Source: Macrostomum hystrix (Eukaryota; Animalia; Platyhelminthes). From it: a stretch of 64,000 nt of DNA. The position numbers and the translations under genes were made by a program. The stretch covers positions 5,766,001 to 5,830,000 of the forward strand of contig CATNEN010000024.1 of assembly GCA_950097015.1 (NCBI GenBank), in the 5' to 3' direction. Shown here in pieces: positions 55,617-64,000 of this stretch (positions are counted from its first letter, which is position 1; each line of letters opens with the position of its first letter). The notes beneath the pieces were generated by a model. That model was not told the DNA's origin, searched no databases, and worked only from the letters and a program-made list of their open reading frames with translations.

Positions 55617-58600
55617 TTGGTATTCCTGCATGGTCTCGGTGACACTGGACACAGCTGGTCAGAGATCCTACATCCACTTCTGCCCCCACACTGCCGGTTG
55701 GTATGCCCACATGCGCCAATTCGTCCACTGACTGTCTATGATGGCGAGGTGATGCCAGCCTGGTTTGATGTTATCTCCCGCACTGCCAGCTCGGCTGTAC
55801 AGGTGGGCTGAGACTGTATGCTTTTTATTATTGATATATATAAATCGGTCTGCTCATATTTATATATTTCTTTAAGTTGTATTTTCTCTTCTCTCTCTCC
55901 AATTTCTCCTCCCCCTCTAATAGATCAGTTTAACAAATAATTGCGCAGGACCCGGCCAGTGTTGCTGAAGCTTGCAACAGATTGAACCAGCTGCTGTCTG
56001 ACGAGGCGGCCATCCTGCCCGCAGGTGGCTCTGCACCTCCCAACAGCCGAATTATGCTAGGCGGCTTCTCACAGGGCGGCGCTCTTGCCCTGTACACCGG
56101 ACTCACTACCCGGCGCTCCAGCCAACTGGCTGGCTTGATTGGCCTGTCATGCTACCTGCCCCTCATGGATCAGGAGCAGCAGGGCCTGCTGCTGAATTGC
56201 CCAGCTACCCAGGTGGAAGGTACAATTGTTGTTGTTAGTATTAAGGTTCACTGCTTTAGCAGCTTAGTATGCTCATGTCTAACAGGTTAACTCCGAATCA
56301 GTTTAACACGTTAAACTCCAAGCCGGTCTAACAGGTTGCACTCCGAACCAGTCTAACAGGTTGCACTCCCAACCAGTCTCACATGTTACTCTCCATTTAC
56401 CTGCTAATCCAAATTCTTCAGGTTAGTCAGATCCTCCCAGATCATCAGGATGTCGCTGCTTTCCTGAGGCATTCTCCCCAGGCAATTGCAGATTTGGAAA
56501 AAATTGCATCGGGGAGACACAATAGGTGAAAAATGTTCCAGAGAGTATAAGGTACCTAAATAACAAATTAGATTTTGACTTTCTGTCCAGATTAAGACAA
56601 AATACGAAAAAGCTAATAATCCAATATAAGTAGTGCGACACTTTTTAATTGTTTAGCAAATTGTGATAACAAAAGTAGGTCAATTTAACTTAAATGCATG
56701 TAAATACAATGTATCTATAAAACAGTCCAAATAATAGTTCGTGATCCATGTGCACTCTGTACCAAGGCTCTTGCTCTTCTGGCCACCGGTGAACGGTCGC
56801 TGGTCCGGGTGGTCGAAGCATCGAGCAGGTTGAGCAGCTGCGGATGAAAGCCTTCATGTCGTTGCAGTAGCCGGGCCACCAAGCGTAGTTCTGAAGGCGA
56901 GCGCGAGTCCAGCCGGATCCTTGATGCGTGTCATTGTTCACCAGCTGAAGGACCATGCGGTCGCCGTAGCAAATGGACTCCGTCCTCGACTGCCAGGGCG
57001 CATCGCGCCGCTTTGAAGGGCCTCTCAGCATGTGAGCAGTTGGACCATCTGTTTTGAATGCGACTCGCTTCGTAATATCCATCAGCAGCCTCTCCCGCTT
57101 AGTTTCTTTCTTCCTTGAGCTCCTGCCACGGGATCACTTCTTCCGCCGTCCAGTGGATGACGCTCTCGAGCTGCTCGTCCTGGTACTCGATGTTATTGGC
57201 GTACTGATCCTTCGCCTCGAAGTTGTCGTCGTCGAAGTCTAGCCGTGTTATCGCGTCGACCTGCGGATTCGATTCGCCCTTTGTTTAGATGATGTCGTAG
57301 TCAAAGGCCATCAGCTTAATGACCCACCGAAGCAGCCTACGCAACCTTCGGCAGTTTGCGCCTCGAGCCAAAAATAAACTCTAAAGGGCGATGGTCGGTT
57401 CTCAGTGTGAATCGCGATCCAGTGTGAATAGCAGGAATTGCGTGGCTCGCTCCTTGAGATGGCACTGATCGCGCAGCACAGTAGAATGGCTTGGCTCCCT
57501 CAAAGAGTTTGATTTTAGTCTGGAAAAACTTTAAGGCAGCCAAGTTGCTGATTCTCGTTGATGATGACGGCGTCCTGCAGCTTGATGTTGTCCATGCCGA
57601 GCAGACCGTGCTTCTGCACGCCGCAACCGTTGATCTTGATGGTCCTGAAGAGGCCTGCCTTTGCTGTGCTGGGGCCTAGGGAATACACTTCAGACACAGC
57701 AGACTCTGTTGTCTCCACATGGACAGCTCGGGATCTGCAGACAGTCGCAAAGGGATTCTTCTTCAGGCAGTAGGTGCATTTTTTACTATATGCCGGGCAG
57801 TTGCCTCTAGGGAAGCTGGTGCCACAGAATCTGCATTTCAAGGTTGCTGATGTCTTTAAAAGTGGCGCGCTTTTCTGCTGGCCGGTGAACGCGATTGTCC
57901 GCAGTTGTGGAGGCGTTGTAATCCCTGATCTGCTTCAGGTGCTGTGCTGCAGGCTCTGCATAATTTTGTCTAGCAACATATCGCCCTCTAGCCGCTCAAG
58001 GATTCGTTTCTTGTGTTCAGGCGAGACCAGACCATCGATGAGTCGCATCACAATCATGTCGTTTTCCTTAATCTTCTTCATAGCGTTGCAGCAGCCCTCA
58101 GTCTTCGGAAGTATGCCAAGACGCTCTACCCTGTCTCCTGTCTGAGGTTAGGGAATTTCGGGCGCTCAGCAATGACGAGGTGCTTTTTTGCTTCTTTGTT
58201 GTCGACGAGTGTTTTGATGTCGTCAAACGTCATTTCGCTCAACTTCTTGGGCGCTGCCATGAGGGACAAGGTGCGAATGGCTTGAAGCCCTGCCTTTGAT
58301 AGAAACAAATCAGTTTTGTTGTTGTTGTTGTTACTCCCGGCCGGTAGGATCCGGGGGGCGTGTCTGCGCCCCTACCGTGTGGAGGAATTCGAGCGCGCGG
58401 GGGCCGTCCGTCGAGAGGACGGCCAGGGACGGGTTTGGTCCAAGGATGCGGGCCCGAAGGTCGTCAAGGGCCCGGCAGTGCAGGAAAACGTGGGCCACGT
58501 CTTCGTCGGCGGCTCCGCAGCGGGGGCAGGTGGCGGCGGTGTCCAGGCTGATCCGGTGCCGATACCAGCGCAGGAGCGGTGAGTGGCCCGTGCGCAGCTG

Positions 58601-60071
58601 GGCGAGGGTCACCGCGTCGGCCCGGTTTAGGCGTGGCCGCGGGGCGGCGGTGGCGGTTGCCAGACGGTGGGTGGCGCAGTGTGGGTCGGCCGCGTAGGCT
58701 TCGCGGGTGCGCTCGGCGAGGACCCGGCGGAGGGCGGCCCGCGCTGACCCGAAGTCGATCGGCGTCTCGTCCTGGGGGAGGCCGGCCGCGGTCTTGGCGG
58801 TGGCGTCCGCGGCATCGTTCCGCCGGAGGTCGCAGTGGCTGGGGACCCATTGCAGCCAGATTTGGAAGCGGGCGGCAATGTGGGTCAGCAGCATCCAGAT
58901 CTCCCGGCACGCTGGCGAGGAGGACTTGGACGGTCCCTTCTCGAGGGCTCGGAGCAGGGACTGCGAGTCCGTCAGGCAGCGGAGGCCGCTCAGGGAGGCG
59001 AGGTCCGGCCTGGAGGCGACGTGCTGAAGCCCCAACCGGAGCGCACAAAATCAGTTTTGTCGCAGGCTCCGTCAGAGTGGAAAGCTTCTTGATGCGTGCT
59101 GTAGCTGCTAATTGTTGCATCCACGCCTCGGCCATTTCAGCGTCTTCCAAATTGAGCTCTTGGCTCTGTTGTCTGCCTGCTTAAGACGCCATTTTTGTGT
59201 CCCAAATAACTAAGTGAAGCTCAAGCTCATTTTTAGCAAGTAGCCTTAAATCTGGGCGAGACTAGATTATTATTGAAAATCAACGATAGTTAATATAGCG
59301 AGATATTTTAATGCGATCGGATGAGAGTGGTTGAAGGTGACAATTTAGCTCCCAAAAAACATTTTTGGGTGGTCCCATTAAAAGACCAGTCCAGTCTCGA
59401 GGCGTTCTCTTGCGTACTTTACAAGGATATCTTCACACTCAGACAGGCAATGTCCTTATTGGTCTTGTGCTTCGCGGCCAGTTTAATAGGATAGAGAAAT
59501 TCTAGCTGAGAATAGAGAGGGAGAGGGCAGTAAGCAGTAAGAGGACGGCGCGCGCAGATACGAACCAAGCAAAACGTAGAGAAAAAGGATAAGTAATAAC
59601 AGGTTACACTCCAAGCTATATTATTAATAGTCAAGTTACGAGTATATTACGTGTCGTATTTGACACCAGAAACGAGTTTCATATGCTACTCTCAGTAGAA
59701 TGCTTGTAGTATTTTCGCGCATAAAGGCTTAATAAAATAAATGGAATCATTTGCAGACGCCCAGGCTGGAAGTCAGCCGACGCAGCAGCCGCCAGTGTTC
59801 TTTGCCCACGGCGACGTTGATGATGTTGTCCTGCCACAGAGGAGCCTGGCCAGCAGCCAGCTCATGCGACAGAGGCTGGGCGTTATGAACTTGCGCTATC
59901 GCTGCTATACCGGACTGGCGCATTGGGCAGGAGATCAGGTGAGTGCACACGCTGAAGGCCTACTGTTGCTCGCATTACAGCATTCTTAAATGCCTTAAAC
60001 TTACTCTACCCATATCATTATTGCAGGAAATGCAAGACCTGAAAGAGTTTATCTGGTCCAGGCTTCCTTGA
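55617..60071 (+). CDS. LYPLA1/2: Acyl-protein thioesterase (LYPLA1/2, APT-like); exons 55617-55802, 55949-56219, 59757-59938, 60027-60071; first exon not located
   Basis: LVFLHGLGDTG..W, CPHAP.RP.T...MPAWFD, nucleophile GGFSQGG, LSCYLP, HGD.DDVV (Asp), GLAH (His), EMQDLKEFI. GT-AG introns with phases 0,1,0. Confidence 0.9.
56690..59197 (-). mobile_element. Degenerate, internally deleted Gypsy remnant in the APT intron
   Basis: Gag AEAWM...TARIKKL / DLFLSKAGLQAI, knuckles CRFCG..FPRGNCPAY..KC..C.KKN.F..VC, RNase H TDHRPLEFIFG, integrase-linked HQG...TRARLQ..AWWPG...C..C, WYRVHMDH. PBS-like TGGCGTC on minus at 59191. Confidence 0.8.
58320..59047 (-). mobile_element. 5'-truncated non-LTR retrotransposon (RNase H and zinc knuckle) nested in the Gypsy gag
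   Basis: CLTDSQS, LQWVPSHC.L.RND.AD..AK, AQLRTGH, CPRCG...EDVAHVFLHC. It has a (CAA)n tail and a 13-bp TSD AAATCAGTTTTGT at 58307-58319 and 59048-59060. Confidence 0.9.
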
Positions 60072-60351
60072 TTCAGCATCACGTGCAGTAATATAACATT
60101 GTGTTTTTCTCAACTGAAACCAAAAACGATGTTAGATCGTATATAAACCAGTTGATTTTTTACGACTGGAAAATAGACTAACATAAACGTACGATGTCTC
60201 TCATACGTACACAAAAGCTGAAGCTCGTTATTTTTCATTTTCTGACATTTAGCTGCGCTTCTCCCAGATCCTTCTGGGAGACACCGATGGTAGCGTCCTC
60301 AGGTTGACGCTACCATCGGTGTCATCCTCAGCTATTTAGTGCCCGTTCTCC

Positions 60352-60485
60352 CAGATCCTAAAGTAGTTAAAACCGGTTATCCTAGATCATCAGGAAGTTA
60401 TTACCGATAATCCTAGATCCTCAGGTAGTTACTGCCATTCTTCTAGATCATCAGGTAGTTACTGCCATTCTCTTTTATCCTCAGT
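60352..60485. repeat. 30-31 bp degenerate tandem repeat
   Basis: CTAGATCATCAGGTAGTTACTGCCATTC-like units x about 4. A related motif lies at 56430-56450. Confidence 0.7.
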
Positions 60486-61971
60486 CTGTGCTGGCACCCT
60501 ACCAGATCATTAAAGTGTCTAGAATATAATATTATTTTAATCCCACAGTCAGCGCAGTATTCGGTGACTGCTCTGTCTCATTTAAAATTCCATTTCAATA
60601 CAGAAGTGTGAAGAAAAACTGTTCAATTCACGGTCCAGCACGTGGTCTATCTCCTGCCACGATTAGAAGTTGCCTTACTGCAATCCATCGCCCTCGCGAT
60701 TGTGTTGTTTCTGTAATCCCAATGGCGCTGCTAATCCCAGTATGTTATCCGCAGATTTGCTTGCCCCTGGGCTCTATATAAACTGCCGCAATCAGCTCTG
60801 GGGATTTGGGGAGCGAGTTTAATAGGATTTGTCTATTGTCGCGGTTACTCGTATGCACAGATTAGCTCGGGTTGAGGCAATCGTCATAGGCAGGACTTGA
60901 TGACTCAACATGCGAAACAGCGCGATGACTCGCGCGTGCTTTCTTGGCCATTTATTCTTACATAAACAATATTCATCAACGAAGGACGATTTACAAGTAT
61001 TTATTGCTCAAAATAGTGCCAATAGTGTTTCGCGTGTGTTTGCTCTACAGTTCAGCACGCGATAAATTAAACAATGTCTGCGAGTGGCGGCTTGGACAAT
61101 ATTGTAAATGAGAAAATGCACGCACATTGTATTACTGAAACTCCCACTTTCAACTAATTATACTCTTGAATCCTGCTTTAAATTGCCTGACAGTGCAAAA
61201 CATAATCAAGTTTCCTGGGTCTTGTCAGATGTTTGTCAGACTTTTAGTTATTTTCTACGAGAAAAATTAAAAGGCCACAAATTGATTGGCTAATTAATTC
61301 TCGTATTCTCTTTCTGTCTTTCCCCCTGGGAAAAGACCAGTGGGTATTTCGAATACCCACTGCCTACTTTACGATGCCTCCCAAACCGAATGACCGATTT
61401 TTGTGAAACTCCAACATATGGATCAAAATTGTATGCCCTTTACGACGAACTAACTTTCAAAGCCGTCCGAGTAAACATCGTCTAGATATTCAGCGATTCT
61501 TGTCGAAGACGCTGGTGTCATGAACAACAAACTTTGCTCCTCTATTATAAGAATAACTTTATGGCGAATCCCCAATGGGTCAATATTGGTCACTATTGTC
61601 TCTCTTAAACCTAATAATTAACAATATAATGAATACAATATGCAATAATAGTCTATATGGTTATATGATACCTTACAGTTCATGTTATTCTGTGTCTATT
61701 GGTGATGGCGATGACTATGATTTGTGATTCTGGAAGCTAGTTCACCGGATAAAGGGGAAAATTTTAGCCCGTGTTCAGGATTTCATGGTGATTGGTTGAA
61801 TATTTTAGGAGATGCGGGGTTCCGGTCCCTTCCGGTGGCATCCTATATAAAAAGCTATTGTCTCAGGTACCTTTTACATGTACCACACGTTTCTAAGAAA
61901 ATTTTCGGCCTATTTTTTAACGTTTCAAACGTCGCCCGTCAAACAGCGCTAGTTTGCTGCCCCAAAAACCC

Positions 61972-62500
61972 TTCTAACACCAGCGTCTAACACTTATCAG
62001 AACACTGCAGCACATCCGATCTAACACATAGTCTAACACTTATCAGAACACTGCAGCAGATCCGATCTAACACCAGCGTCTAACACTTATCAGAACACTG
62101 CAGCACATCCGATCTAACATCAGAGTCTAACACTTATCAGAACACTGCAGCACATCCGATCTAACACATAGTCTAACACTTATCAGAACACTGCAGCATA
62201 TCCGATCTAACACCAGCGTCTAACACTTATCAGAACACTGCAGCACATCCGATCTAACACATAGTCTAACACTTATCAGAACACTGCAGCACATCCGATC
62301 TAACACATAGTCTAACACTTATCAGAACACTGCAGCACATCCGATCTAACACATAGTCTAACACTTATCAGAACACTGCAGCACATCCGATCTAACACAT
62401 AGTCTAACACTTATCAGAACACTGCAGCACATCCGATCTAACACATAGTCTAACACTTATCAGAACACTGCAGCACATCCGATCTAACACATAGTCTAAC
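61972..62500. repeat. 46-bp tandem repeat
   Basis: TCTAACACTTATCAGAACACTGCAGCACATCCGATCTAACACATAG x about 11. Confidence 0.96.
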
Positions 62501-62892
62501 AGTCGCCCTTCTTCCCTTCCGGCGGTATCCTGTGCAGCCATAGCATCGCCAGCGGGCCGCCTCCGCCTCTCATCGTCAAAGCCGTCCTCGTTAGCGTCGA
62601 CTTGGAGGACGCTAGCGGCGCGATTCGGCGTCGCGGCTCCAGCATGGAGGTGCCGGCGTCCCAGACAGTCAGGGGCAGGCGCAGGCCGCTTGCCCAGCTG
62701 CAGTCTGGCAGGCAGAGATCCAGCAGTGCTGCGCCAATGAAGGCGCCAGGACTCGCCAGTGAAAACCGTGACAGAAGCGTCACGAGGTGGTGGCTGCTGT
62801 TGACAGTCAGGATGGCCGACCGGCTGTGCTGGTCCGCCGGCGCCCAGGGCGGCACATCTCTGGATTGGTCCGCGGGTAGCTTGCTGCGCTAA
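62496..62892 (-). pseudogene. GC-rich coding-like fragment, possibly a degenerate LINE pre-RT region
   Basis: ALLDLC...CSWASG..P...W and IPPEGK loosely resemble LL..FN.SW..G..P..W...IPK.GK. The match is weak. Confidence 0.3.
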
Positions 62893-63503
62893 TTCTACCA
62901 AGATTAGATTACATTTTTACTGTGTTTTCTCATGCCTCCCTGTCTCTTTACCGTGTGTTCTCACATTTTCTGACTCTTCTTGTTTCCCGTTTCCCTCCCA
63001 GTCTCTTTTGGCTTGTCTCATTCTACCTTCAAACGTCCAGAAGTTTTTTAAGACTACTTTCTGGCTACTTCGTTTCAAGGCTATTCCTGCAATAAAGAAT
63101 CAACCTCCCATTAGCGGTTAGAATTTTACAATACGGCCAGGCATAGGAAATTGAGGCGCGGAACGAGTCTAGCGTGCGCCTGGATCCTTCTCTGCCCGCC
63201 CAACCCTCCAAACAAAATTATCTTCCTAATTTTTGCATTTTTAGAATTTCAGGAATTGGAAAGAGGAGGTCCGGGTCACTGGCGAGAGCCCGTGTTTCCA
63301 ACCCCGGTCCAGCCGGTTTTATGTCCGGCAGTGCCTGCCTGCTAGCTAATTGTCTGCCAATTCTCCTGAAATCATAAATACGCTTCAGCGCTTTAGTTTG
63401 CCCAGCCCGCACCGATTTCATCTTTCTTCATGTTTTCCCTCAATTTCGCATTTCCTAATTTAAGAAATCTAGCAGACTGGCACTTATTGCGTTTTTTGCC
63501 TCT

Positions 63504-64000
63504 GTGTCCCATTCAGAGACCCAAAGTGCTGGTTGCAGTGACCCATTCAGAGACCCAAAGTGCTGGTTGCAGTGTCCCATTCAGAGATCCAAAGTGCTGG
63601 TTGCAGTGACCCATTCAGAGATCCAAAGTGCTGGTTGCAGTGACCCATTCAGAGATCCAAAGTGCTGGTTGCAGTGACCCATTCAGAGACCCAAAGTGCT
63701 GGTTGCAGTGACCCATTCAGAGACCCAAAGTGCTGGTTGCAGTGACCCATTCAGAGACCCAAAGTGCTGGTTGCAGTGACCCATTCAGAGATCCAAAGTG
63801 CTGGTTGCAGTGACCCATTCAGAGATCCAAAGTGCTGGTTGCAGTGACCCATTCAGAGATCCAAAGTGCTGGTTGCAGTGACCCATTTAGAGATCCAAAG
63901 TGCTGGTTGCAGTGACCCATTCAGAGATCCAAAGTGCTGGTTGCAGTGACCCATTCAGAGACCCAAAGTGCTGGTTGCAGTGTCCCATTCAGAGACCCAA
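63504..64000. repeat. 34-bp tandem repeat running off the window end
   Basis: CCCATTCAGAGAYCCAAAGTGCTGGTTGCAGTGA x at least 14. Confidence 0.97.

Noticed and set aside
61972-64000. CRISPR-like appearance of the 46-bp and 34-bp arrays (also the 36-bp array at 32050)
   Set aside because: Units are contiguous with no unique spacers, there are no cas genes, and the context is eukaryotic.

Overview
Eukaryotic, intron-containing (invertebrate animal-like) genomic DNA. Two host genes sit near the ends. One is a 5-exon ZDHHC3/7-like palmitoyltransferase (2104-4270, minus). The other is an acyl-protein thioesterase (LYPLA1/2-like, 55617-60071, plus; first exon not located). The sequence between them is dominated by nested mobile elements. 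The centrepiece is a structurally complete 17.4-kb Polinton/Maverick endogenous virus (12708-30094) with ~525-bp TIRs and a 6-bp TSD (CCCGGT). It encodes integrase, minor and major capsid proteins, a basic core-like protein, an adenain-type protease, a packaging ATPase and a frameshifted protein-primed PolB. Unusually, it also encodes a TATA-binding-protein (TBP)-like protein and a PC4-like protein, and has TATA boxes at its transcription-unit starts. The Polinton interrupts a LINE remnant, which itself lies inside a Sola2-type DNA transposon (4-bp TSD). Further right are a MULE-type SWIM-PHD gene remnant, a large tyrosine-recombinase gene broken by one in-frame stop, CACTA-like remnants (one with an in-frame retrotransposon insert), a young Gypsy element with identical LTRs, older retroelement remnants and many tandem repeats. 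All family assignments are by-eye motif recognition; no database searches were run.
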